DNA of 64,000 bases, from the sequence record LC819007.1; one strand, written 5' to 3'. Both the position numbers and the translations under genes were made by a program. Of this stretch, positions 17,890 to 26,571 are shown piece by piece. Position 1 is the stretch's first letter. Every line of letters starts with the position of its first letter. A model generated the notes under the pieces. That model was not told where the DNA came from. It saw nothing but the letters and a program-made list of their open reading frames with translations, and ran no database searches.

Positions 17890-18334
17890 TGCTATCCTCG
17901 CTCTTATGCTCGATGCTCCAGCGCTTGCGCTTACTAGCGTCGATGATAATGCCCAGATCCCGCTGATCTTCGGCCTGCATGATTTCCAACGAGGTAAGTT
18001 TTCGCACGGGCGACCAGGTCGTTTCATCCGCCTGCTCGAAAAGCCAGTGGACATACTGGTCGCCGTCAAAGCACACCGCCATGTTGGGGTTGTCTTGCAC
18101 GCGAATCAGGTTGGTCGCGCCCTGTGCATCCCCGACTACCCGTTGTCGGAGCCACTGGCCTTCCTCTTCCTGGTTCAGACGTACCGAACAAGTAGCGAAG
18201 TCACACAGCGGCCCATCAACATGTACACAACTGCCACGTGCTTTGTCCTTGTAGACACTGCAGTGGCGTACGGGATCGTCAGGTCGCGACAGGAGTTCCT
18301 TCAGCGGCTTTAGCAGCTGCTTCAGCTTCTGCAT
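17873..18334 (-). CDS. hypothetical Cys-containing protein
   Basis: 153-aa ORF filling the gap; overlaps the ligase 3' end by 56 nt. Confidence 0.55.
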   Translation of the reverse strand: MQKLKQLLKPLKELLSRPDDPVRHCSVYKDKARGSCVHVDGPLCDFATCSVRLNQEEEGQWLRQRVVGDAQGATNLIRVQDNPNMAVCFDGDQYVHWLFEQADETTWSPVRKLTSLEIMQAEDQRDLGIIIDASKRKRWSIEHKSEDSNEVSA

Positions 18335-19589
18335 CTTTGGCCTCCAGCCATGCGTTGGAAATGATCTTCATGCTTTCGCCAGTCACCTCGCTCTTGGCAA
18401 CCAGCCCTTCACGCGGACGCTTCGGTTCGAAATGACCCGGACCATCGGCCAGCTTGAGCAGGTCTTTGATCGAGCCAGTGAGTGGAGTGCCCGACGACAC
18501 CAGCGGAACGTACTTGATGCCGATCGTTTCACACAGCCGGCGTGCTTCGGGCGGAGCCATCATCTCGTTGCCGTTCGTGTAGACACGGTAGCAATAGAAC
18601 TCATTGTTAGGAGCGAACTCTGCCCCGCCATTGAAGTTCGGCCCGACCATCTCACCTTGCAGCGAGACTTTCTTGCCAACGACAGCGCTAGCCGCCAGCA
18701 CGAGCGCCGACATTCCGCGTTCCTTGAAGTAGCGCACGATCGGCACCGTCTTCGGATCGTACTGAGTGACCCAGCGCGGCACATAGATCTCGGCACCCGC
18801 CAGCTTGCGCGGGATATAGCGGAGCCAGCCCGCCAGATACACGAGCAGCTGTTCCTTGAACGAGTACGGGATGGGTTCCAGACGCAGTGCGAAATTGCGC
18901 TGGGCTGCGCCGACATCGTTGGAGTCCGCTGCCGTGTAGAACGTGGTCGATTCGCCGTCGAGCTTGACCGACAGTTCCACCGGCTCTTCGTCCTTGACCA
19001 GGCGAGCATGCAGTGCCGAGACGTTCTGTACGCGCTGCTCTTCCGACTTCACCAGATGCGTCGGCCAGGGCAGCAGACCGTCGACGATGATGTCCTTGAT
19101 CAGCCAGTTACGAAGACGCCAGATCAGCTTGCGGGTCGCCGTCATGTTCCGAGGCTCGTTGCTTGCTTCCTTGTACAGCTTCGCTTCTGCGGGCGAGACG
19201 TACTTCAGCACACCGATGTGTTCGGTGTAGTCGTAGTCCGCCTTAGCTGTCGAACCGATGCGACCCAGACGATCCAACGACAATACCAATCCTTGCGAGC
19301 GCACGCCGCGCAGCTTGAGCGTCTTGATCACTGCGAACTGCTTGCCTTCGTGTTCGACCACGCGCAGGCGCGACTGATCGAAGTCAGCCCACAGTTCGTG
19401 ATCCAGCGGAATCGCTGAATCGATCTCGAAATACAGCGCCAGATCCCCAGCGTTGTACTCACCCTTGGGAACGATACATTCCCAGCCACCGACGACCGCT
19501 ATTTCCAGACGGTCTGCCTTCGGAATCGCTTTGATCTCGTCGATGCGCACCGCACGAGCCAGCTTCCGAGTTTCTTCTTTTACCAGCAT
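18279..19589 (-). CDS. ATP-dependent RNA ligase (Rnl2/DRB0094-like) with N-terminal OB-like domain
   Basis: Motif I KLDGES, III LQGEMVG, IIIa FYCYRV, IV REGLV, V KIIS; N-terminal IPKADRLE.AVVGGWECIV..GEY..GD.ALYFEIDS. Confidence 0.9.
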   Translation of the reverse strand: MLVKEETRKLARAVRIDEIKAIPKADRLEIAVVGGWECIVPKGEYNAGDLALYFEIDSAIPLDHELWADFDQSRLRVVEHEGKQFAVIKTLKLRGVRSQGLVLSLDRLGRIGSTAKADYDYTEHIGVLKYVSPAEAKLYKEASNEPRNMTATRKLIWRLRNWLIKDIIVDGLLPWPTHLVKSEEQRVQNVSALHARLVKDEEPVELSVKLDGESTTFYTAADSNDVGAAQRNFALRLEPIPYSFKEQLLVYLAGWLRYIPRKLAGAEIYVPRWVTQYDPKTVPIVRYFKERGMSALVLAASAVVGKKVSLQGEMVGPNFNGGAEFAPNNEFYCYRVYTNGNEMMAPPEARRLCETIGIKYVPLVSSGTPLTGSIKDLLKLADGPGHFEPKRPREGLVAKSEVTGESMKIISNAWLEAKDAEAEAAAKAAEGTPVAT

Positions 19590-19600
19590 TTTCTTCTTCC

Positions 19601-20296
19601 TTACTTGGTGGGTGCTTCGACGACAATGCGGGAAGCACCAGCCCGAGCAACCGCCAGACGCTCACCGAGGTCTTTCAGGCCCTTGCTGGCGTAGACGTTC
19701 ATGGCTGTTGCTGCATCGATGGCTTGACGGGTCTGCTCTTCCGGGATGATCACGAGCGTCATGGAATTCAGACGCACGCCACGCGGCGCCAGATCGACAT
19801 TCGAGCCCGCTTGCAATTCGTCCTCGAACTTGGCCGGATTGAAGTCAACGATGTTCAGCTTCACCGTGCGCGAAGTCGCTGCTTCACGAATACGTTTGTC
19901 GATCACCTGGTTCTCGGCGGTCTCGATTCCAGCCATGTTCGAGCCATCTGCTGCTTCCTTGGCGGTGCTGCTTTGCTTGCCGAGGAACTTGGCTTCGCCG
20001 ATGAACTTGACCGGATCGATGATCTCGTAGTCGTAACTGATCTTCGCCGTCACGAGCACGTTACCGTCGAACTGCGCCTTGAACTCCAGATCACCCTGCA
20101 TCGGGTAATCCGGCAGCACCGTGTTGTACGAACAGGCACCGATCGTCTTGGGAATGCGCTGACCCGGCTTGATCACGCTCCAGCTGACGCCGCAATCCGT
20201 AGTTTGCAGGGTCTGCACGTTAGCGGGTGCGCGGTCACAGCCAGCGAGAAACGCAGCACAAAGAACGACTGCGAGTACGGTGAAAAGCTTTTTCAT
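19601..20296 (-). CDS. lipoprotein, SPFH/band-7-like
   Basis: Lipobox LAG-C after hydrophobic leader; C-terminal helical/coiled region (PEEQTRQAIDA). Confidence 0.6.
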   Translation of the reverse strand: MKKLFTVLAVVLCAAFLAGCDRAPANVQTLQTTDCGVSWSVIKPGQRIPKTIGACSYNTVLPDYPMQGDLEFKAQFDGNVLVTAKISYDYEIIDPVKFIGEAKFLGKQSSTAKEAADGSNMAGIETAENQVIDKRIREAATSRTVKLNIVDFNPAKFEDELQAGSNVDLAPRGVRLNSMTLVIIPEEQTRQAIDAATAMNVYASKGLKDLGERLAVARAGASRIVVEAPTK

Positions 20297-20496
20297 TTCT
20301 TCTTTTTCCAGAGAATCACAAGGCCAGCGATCGAGAGCGCGATGGGCGCGAGATACCCGATCAGGGTGAAGCCCACACTTGCAATGCTTGCGTGGGCCAG
20401 TTGATTGCCAATCACGATCGCGCTGTAGGCCGCATCGATGAAGCAGACGGCCAAGAACAGCACGAGGAGCGTGAGAACGATTTTAATCCACAGCAC
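20293..20496 (-). CDS. two-TM small membrane protein
   Basis: 67 aa, two hydrophobic helices, KKKK tail, AAGGAG RBS, ATGA overlap with the lipoprotein gene. Confidence 0.75.
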   Translation of the reverse strand: MLWIKIVLTLLVLFLAVCFIDAAYSAIVIGNQLAHASIASVGFTLIGYLAPIALSIAGLVILWKKKK

Positions 20497-20505
20497 GACA
20501 ACTCC

Positions 20506-21462
20506 TTAGTTGAATTTACCAGCATCGACTTGCTGCTGTTGATGCTGGGTAAGCGGCTCGCGGCGGTCGTTCACACCAGGGATCGGCACCGGACGAGCCA
20601 CGATGTTCTTCGCGAGATCGCTGTAGATCGGCGCACCCTTGAAATCGTGATCGACAGGAGCCATCGGGTCCGTGTTGCCCTGAAACAGAAACTGGGAAGT
20701 ACGTTGGACGACCGACAGCAGGCTTTCGTGACCGTGACAGATCTCGTTAGCAAGCTGTTTGAACGCCTGGTAAAGACTGTGACTGTTCGGCTGTCCCAGT
20801 TGCTCCATCAGGCGCTTGATGATCTCGTCCTGCTTCGTCGCACTGACCTTGTTGATCACCGACGGCTCATGGAACTTGGCCAGGGCCATGCCGAGACGCG
20901 TTATCCAGGTTTGCGACTCTACCGTCTTCGGTGGAAGCCGCACGGCGACAACAGGAACCTCGGGCAACGGCACCATATACTTCAACCAGTCGGCTTCGAA
21001 CTGTTTGTCCTCGCCACCTTCGCGCAACACGACGTCGGTCACACTGCACCACTTGGCACGCCGAATCAGATCGTTCAGTGACTTTTGCACACCATCCGTC
21101 ACCACACCACGTGGCAAGAACCAGCCGCCACCATCCGGCACCTGTCCATCCTTAAGCACGACAAGCACGCCGATTGGATTCATGACCAGCAGATCGCCGC
21201 GAGCAAAGCGCAGCGTTTTGTCATCCTGCGTGATCAGATACAGATCGTCGTTCTCGTGCGTGACCGGATAGCCTTCGTACGAGAACGACCAGGGCACCCC
21301 GTTATGGATGCTGGCGCCCGACTGGTTCTTGCCGATCAGGACAAACTCGTCGAACGTGATGAAGCGAACGCGCACCGAAGCAGCCAGGCGCTCCGGTGCA
21401 GTGTGGCCACACCCCTCCACACCCTTACAGATGGGGCAGGGCAAATCCATAGACTTTGACAT
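20506..21462 (-). CDS. hypothetical multi-domain protein
   Basis: 318-aa ORF, AAGGAG RBS, N-terminal CPIC..GCGH. Confidence 0.75.
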   Translation of the reverse strand: MSKSMDLPCPICKGVEGCGHTAPERLAASVRVRFITFDEFVLIGKNQSGASIHNGVPWSFSYEGYPVTHENDDLYLITQDDKTLRFARGDLLVMNPIGVLVVLKDGQVPDGGGWFLPRGVVTDGVQKSLNDLIRRAKWCSVTDVVLREGGEDKQFEADWLKYMVPLPEVPVVAVRLPPKTVESQTWITRLGMALAKFHEPSVINKVSATKQDEIIKRLMEQLGQPNSHSLYQAFKQLANEICHGHESLLSVVQRTSQFLFQGNTDPMAPVDHDFKGAPIYSDLAKNIVARPVPIPGVNDRREPLTQHQQQQVDAGKFN

Positions 21463-21471
21463 CCTGACTCC

Positions 21472-21966
21472 TTAGAGAATGTGGATCACGCAGAACTCGG
21501 GATGGAACATACCCTTGTTCTTCTGGAACGCTTTTTCAAGCGCCGCGTACGGACTGTGCTCGTCCACCGGCCGACCGTCATTGTCGATCACGAGCACTTG
21601 TACGCCGTCGAGCTTGCTTTCGATCAGGTGATGGCGTTGGAGCAACTTGTGCTCGATGTCATCCGGAACTTGCCGTGCCTGGCCGTGCGCGCCGAGAATC
21701 GGTTGCACCATGATCCGCGCGTGATCGCGCTTGCGCACGACGTCGATGCCCATTTCCGTCTTGCCCGTTTGACGCGGACTGCCGATCGTGAGCACACGGA
21801 ATTCACGCAACTCGAACACGGGTTCGATCTCGACCATGTTCTTGATCATTTGGTTACGCAGCGTCGCGCCCTTGATGAACGTCCAGATCATGTCTTCCCA
21901 CGGATACGGCGGCGGGGGACGATTCCATGCGGTCTTCTTCGGGACCTCTGCAGCTACTGTCGACAT
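21472..21966 (-). CDS. small P-loop NTPase-like protein
   Basis: GSPRQTGKT Walker A-like and VLVID Walker B-like; start at MSTVAAE. Confidence 0.55.
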   Translation of the reverse strand: MSTVAAEVPKKTAWNRPPPPYPWEDMIWTFIKGATLRNQMIKNMVEIEPVFELREFRVLTIGSPRQTGKTEMGIDVVRKRDHARIMVQPILGAHGQARQVPDDIEHKLLQRHHLIESKLDGVQVLVIDNDGRPVDEHSPYAALEKAFQKNKGMFHPEFCVIHIL

Positions 21967-21976
21967 GCTGGTCCCC

Positions 21977-22456
21977 TTATTCCGCCTTACGCGTTTCGCT
22001 GACGTTCGTGCTTTCCGTCGTGTTCGTCGTACCCATCTGGTACGTCTGGCCCGGCGGAATGATCGGTTCCTGCTTGGTCGTGTTATTGAAGACCGTGTGA
22101 CGGAATTCGGTATTGCGCACCAGGCCCATCGCGACATCCTTCGCAAACTGCGTGTTGCTTTCCGCGGCACCCAGACGGATCTGAAGTTCCTTGATGTCTG
22201 CCTGACGTTCGCGCTCCGACACCGATGCTTCGCGCCCGGTGATCTCGGCGTGCTTGGCGAGTTGTTCCTTCAGGTCGCCGATCTGGACGTCGCGCGCCGA
22301 TACCTTCGCATTCAGATCGTTGATCTTCGCTTGCAGCTTGGCGAGTTCTTCTGCATCGCGATCGGCTTTCTTGAGGCGCTCCTGCAAGGCCGTGCCCAGT
22401 GCTTGCGGCAGGTTCTTCTCGATGGAGTCCTTGATGTCTTGTTCGATGGTGCTCAT
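21977..22456 (-). CDS. coiled-coil hypothetical protein
   Basis: 159-aa heptad-rich ORF. Confidence 0.75.
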   Translation of the reverse strand: MSTIEQDIKDSIEKNLPQALGTALQERLKKADRDAEELAKLQAKINDLNAKVSARDVQIGDLKEQLAKHAEITGREASVSERERQADIKELQIRLGAAESNTQFAKDVAMGLVRNTEFRHTVFNNTTKQEPIIPPGQTYQMGTTNTTESTNVSETRKAE

Positions 22457-22504
22457 GTTCTACTCGATGGGTAGTGGGGGTGGCTTCGACCACTCCCGGG
22501 GTTA

Positions 22505-24334
22505 TTAAGCTGCCTTCTTCAGCAGGCGATCGGTCACTTCTGCGAGCGTCGTTTCGTCGACGAACTGGCTGTTGGTGTAGCGCAGACGCAGTTCACCCGA
22601 ATGCGTCGGGATTTCTTCGATCGAGAACTTCTGCTCTTCTTGCTTGACGAAGTCGCCCTTGTCGTTCTTCACGACACGCAGGAAGCCCTTCGCCGACTTC
22701 TTGTTCGTGACGCCTTCGGTCTTCGGTGCCTTGAAGAGTTCGATCAGTTCGTCTTCGACCTGCACGGCCGTTGCCTTCACTGCGAAGCCGAGCGTGTCAC
22801 GCGTGTTGTGCTGGTACGTGTACGAGCCGATACCGAACACCGTGTTGCAGGACGCGAAGCCCTTGAAGGCCAGACGACGCAGGATTTCGTCAGCGCGCTC
22901 GACCGTGATCGAGTCACCGTAGATCAGGCCGACGCGTTCGTGCAGAACCTTGTAGCCCTTGTTCGTGAGCGTGCCACCGAAGATGTCCCACAGTGCTTCC
23001 ACGGCACCCTTTTCCTGGATCGTCAGCGGAGCGAACGAAACCGGCACGATCAGGAAACCGTTGACTTCGCCCGTCGCGAATTCAGCGTACGCCGGCACAC
23101 CGCCCGCCGAGGTCTTGTTGACCGCGCGCACCAGATTGCCCGCGCCGAAGTCGACGAGGTATTCCGATTGCGGATCACGCATTTCTTCGGTGCTGTTCGT
23201 GATGCGAATGAAGTCGTCCTTCGAATGGATGTAACGACCTGCCAGCACCTCGACAGGATCGCCCGAGTCCGGACGGTACACCACCTTCGCGAAACCGTTC
23301 TCGTCCGGCGTACGTGCGAGGATTTCTTCCTTCAGGTTCGCCGAGTCGGCCAGCGTGTTCCAGAAGTCGAAGCTGTCGGCCACGAGCGAGATGATCCCCG
23401 TCGGATGTTTGCGCGTGATGACGTCACGGATGAATTCGCGTTCGCCATGTGCGCGCAGTTCTTCCACGTTCGGCTCGTTGCCCTGCAAACGCATGACATC
23501 GACGAAAAGCTTTTTCATCAGCTTGCTGACGTTGAACAGAATGTTCGACGTAGCCACCGCGTGTTCCGTTGCCACCACCGAAGTAGCCACGAATTCCTTC
23601 TCGACGTTCGCGCCGTACATGTCTTCGACGTAGTCGATCGCCGGCAGCGTGTCCGTGCCCTTGAACACGACCAGGTGGCCCGAGCCAACCCGTGCTGCAT
23701 CTTCCGGACCCGACAGACCGCGGAATGCGAAGTCATGGCCCTGCACGTCGACGAATGAACGGTCGACGCCCGTGACGTCTGCCCAGTATTCGAACGTGCG
23801 ACGGTATTCGTACGCGATCGTGGCGTTCGTGGACATCTTCCACAGCAGCGCCGACATCAGCGTTTCGAGGTAGTTCACGAGCCAGAAGAAGTCCGGATGC
23901 GTGTTGTACGCCACGTACACCGGCACATTCATGTTCACGCGTTCGCCTTCCGGCAGCGAGAGCACGTTGATCGGCAAGTAGCCGAGGTCGTGCAGTTGTT
24001 CGAAGCACGTGACATCGACGCGGTTATCGCCGAGGTAGTGCTTCATGCGGCGAGCGTAGCGGCGGCAGACGACGTCCTTCGGCTTCGAGAAGAACGAGTT
24101 GTGCCACAGGCCGTTGATCTCGCGCAGCGTGCCCTGCATGCCGAAGAACACCATCTTGCCGTCCCAGAAACGCGACTTCGACTTGTTGTCGATGAACAGG
24201 CGATCCGAGCGGAACGTACCGTTGCTGTACGTGAATGTCGTGCCGTCCGGGTAGAGCGGGCGGTGACCGACCTTGTAGCCGTCGGTAGTGGTGGGAGCGA
24301 ACAGGTGGAACGAAGTATCTTGAGTTTGGTGCAT
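22505..24334 (-). CDS. nadV: nicotinamide phosphoribosyltransferase family protein (NAMPT/NadV; likely Namat of NARP1)
   Basis: TDGYKVGH, HDFAFRG, SVVATEHAV, SLVADSFD, RPDSGDP, IYGDSIT, FGIGS..YQ..TRDTLGFAVKAT, KKSAKG motifs. Confidence 0.95.
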   Translation of the reverse strand: MHQTQDTSFHLFAPTTTDGYKVGHRPLYPDGTTFTYSNGTFRSDRLFIDNKSKSRFWDGKMVFFGMQGTLREINGLWHNSFFSKPKDVVCRRYARRMKHYLGDNRVDVTCFEQLHDLGYLPINVLSLPEGERVNMNVPVYVAYNTHPDFFWLVNYLETLMSALLWKMSTNATIAYEYRRTFEYWADVTGVDRSFVDVQGHDFAFRGLSGPEDAARVGSGHLVVFKGTDTLPAIDYVEDMYGANVEKEFVATSVVATEHAVATSNILFNVSKLMKKLFVDVMRLQGNEPNVEELRAHGEREFIRDVITRKHPTGIISLVADSFDFWNTLADSANLKEEILARTPDENGFAKVVYRPDSGDPVEVLAGRYIHSKDDFIRITNSTEEMRDPQSEYLVDFGAGNLVRAVNKTSAGGVPAYAEFATGEVNGFLIVPVSFAPLTIQEKGAVEALWDIFGGTLTNKGYKVLHERVGLIYGDSITVERADEILRRLAFKGFASCNTVFGIGSYTYQHNTRDTLGFAVKATAVQVEDELIELFKAPKTEGVTNKKSAKGFLRVVKNDKGDFVKQEEQKFSIEEIPTHSGELRLRYTNSQFVDETTLAEVTDRLLKKAA

Positions 24335-24361
24335 GATGGTATTTTCTTCTTGCTGTTATGT

Positions 24362-25261
24362 CTAAACGTTGAACCAGTGAACGCGACGCAGTTGCTCGTC
24401 GTTGCGGAAGCGATCGCTCGACAGACGGAATTCGGTGGTGCAGTCCGGGTGGAACGAGTCGGTCGTGTAGATGCGATCGAACACGTCGAGCACAGGCTCC
24501 AAGCCGTACGAGAAGATTCCGTGCGTAACGAACAGGCTCAGTTCCTTGCAGCCTTCGTCGCGCAGAATACGGCCCAGCTGGATGAACGTGCGGCCGCCGT
24601 CGCAGATGTCGTCAACTACAATCAGGTTTTTACCTGCAACGTTACCGTCCAGCTTGGTCTCCGTGATTTCCATCGTCTCTAGGTTACGCGTCTTGGTCGC
24701 GGTGACGTACGGAATGTCGAGCTTCTCGGAGAGCGCCTTGATCTTCTTGACGGCGCCCGCATCGGGAGCTACCAGCAACAGATCCTGGGTGTTAAGGCTC
24801 AGAATCTGTCGCTCGACGATTTGGGCCAGGAAAGACTGTTGCGTCGACACGAAACTGCGATTGATCGCGGCGGCTGCGACGTCGCTGTGCGGATCGAGCA
24901 ACGACACCGATTCGAAATTCATGGCGTTGACCAGCTGCGCGAACATGCTCAGCGACAACGCTTCGCCCGAGTTGCAGACACGGTCTTGACGAGCGTACGG
25001 CAGGTACGGAATGAACGCGCTGATTCTGGCGACCGGCGCAATGCGACGCAGTGCATCCACCGTCATGAACATCGCCATCGCGTCGTCGGAGTTCGTAATG
25101 TTCGCCGTCAGTTCGACGGCAGCTCCATTGAGCACCATCCGAAGTAGGTTATTGATAACCTGTTCCGGCAAGCGGATATTCACTTCACCGCCTTTGAAGA
25201 TCTTCACTTCGACCGGCAGCTGCTGGTGATGCACGCTGTTGCCAATACTAACCTTAATCAT
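24362..25261 (-). CDS. prs: ribose-phosphate pyrophosphokinase family protein (likely Adps of NARP1)
   Basis: FKGGEVNI, PYLPYARQDR, LDPHS, APDAGA..K, VVDDICDGGRTF, LFVTHGIFS motifs. Confidence 0.92.
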   Translation of the reverse strand: MIKVSIGNSVHHQQLPVEVKIFKGGEVNIRLPEQVINNLLRMVLNGAAVELTANITNSDDAMAMFMTVDALRRIAPVARISAFIPYLPYARQDRVCNSGEALSLSMFAQLVNAMNFESVSLLDPHSDVAAAAINRSFVSTQQSFLAQIVERQILSLNTQDLLLVAPDAGAVKKIKALSEKLDIPYVTATKTRNLETMEITETKLDGNVAGKNLIVVDDICDGGRTFIQLGRILRDEGCKELSLFVTHGIFSYGLEPVLDVFDRIYTTDSFHPDCTTEFRLSSDRFRNDEQLRRVHWFNV

Positions 25262-25343
25262 GTTCTTACTCGACTTTCTTCTTGTACTGGTGTAAAAAGA
25301 GAGGAGGGCCGCGGGGAACGGACACCTCCTCCACCAAAAAAAC

Positions 25344-26216
25344 TTACAGTTCGCCCGGCGTGGCCTTGCCGAAGCTGATCCAGAGCGGCGTGTCGTCTCG
25401 ACGATTACAGGTCGTCAGTGCGATGTCCTTTGCGTCGGCCGGACGATCCACGGACTGATTGCCGTAGAAGATGCTGTCCGAGACGATCGGTTGCTGCCGA
25501 CCCTTGATCTCGACGTAGTGATGTACGTACTGGCTGGTCGAGAACTTCACCTCGACGTTGTCGGGCCGAATGTGTTTGGTGAAGTAGAAGTCGGGCTCGT
25601 TCGGTTCCGTCACCATCGATTCGATCGTCAGCAGATCCGAGACGTGTTCACGGATGTAGTCGTTCAGCTTCACCAGCAGTTCGAAACGATTCATCCGGAA
25701 CGTATAGTGCGGAGAAGCGAGAAGAACCCACACGTACTCGGGATCATTGGAACAGCCCTGTACGTAGAAACCGCTGGTGCTCAACGACGGGCCATCTTTC
25801 TCCGGCGGCTCGATCGTAACCGGCGCTGCCAGCTGACCCATGAAGTACACCAGATGGTTGGGCTTGTTGGCCCAGTTGTACCCCGAGAGAAACAGCGCCA
25901 AGCAATACGCATGCTTGTTATCCAGCAGCAGCTCCGTACCGCGTGCGTTCGTCGGCGTCAGGCCGAAGCGCGCTGCGACACGACTCGAAAAGCCCGTGAC
26001 CGGAATGGGCAACCACTTATCCACTCCGTAGCGATCGTACTCGGCGTGCGCCTCGGCATCGCTTTCCAGCCGCACGATACGACCGTGCTCGTTTTGGGTC
26101 AGTTCGTTGCCGTCCTTGTCCTTGAACGTATGCATGCCGATCGAGATCGTCACCGACGTATTACGCTGCATGCGCCGACGGCTTTCCTGTACTGCCAAAC
26201 GTTCTGCTTTAGACAC
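25344..26216 (-). CDS. hypothetical protein
   Basis: 290-aa ORF, GTG start, AAGGAG RBS. Confidence 0.75.
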   Translation of the reverse strand: MSKAERLAVQESRRRMQRNTSVTISIGMHTFKDKDGNELTQNEHGRIVRLESDAEAHAEYDRYGVDKWLPIPVTGFSSRVAARFGLTPTNARGTELLLDNKHAYCLALFLSGYNWANKPNHLVYFMGQLAAPVTIEPPEKDGPSLSTSGFYVQGCSNDPEYVWVLLASPHYTFRMNRFELLVKLNDYIREHVSDLLTIESMVTEPNEPDFYFTKHIRPDNVEVKFSTSQYVHHYVEIKGRQQPIVSDSIFYGNQSVDRPADAKDIALTTCNRRDDTPLWISFGKATPGEL

Positions 26217-26571
26217 AACCTTCTCCTTCTAACGTTTCACCGCTAAAGCGCCACTCCACGAACTTGGCATCCATGCGATTCTTGAAATGGAACACCGGTG
26301 AGAGCACATTGTCAAACTTCTTCATCGGCATGCCGTGCAGAAACGACCACGAGAACGCCGTGATGCCCTTATCGCGCAGATGCTGGAGCAGTTCGTCGAT
26401 CCACAGATCCAGCGGTCGCGTTTCACTGGTGATGGGCGGGAAGATCACCGTGTACCAGCCGTATGGTGTCGGCTGATCGAATACCGGTTTCTCTTCCTTT
26501 TCCTTGCCCTGCTTTGCCGGTGTTTTTACCGGCGCTTCCTTTGGCTTGTTCACTCGCACCTCAAACTGCAA
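26209..26571 (-). CDS. hypothetical protein
   Basis: 120-aa ORF overlapping both neighbours by a few nt. Confidence 0.65.
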   Translation of the reverse strand: MQFEVRVNKPKEAPVKTPAKQGKEKEEKPVFDQPTPYGWYTVIFPPITSETRPLDLWIDELLQHLRDKGITAFSWSFLHGMPMKKFDNVLSPVFHFKNRMDAKFVEWRFSGETLEGEGCV

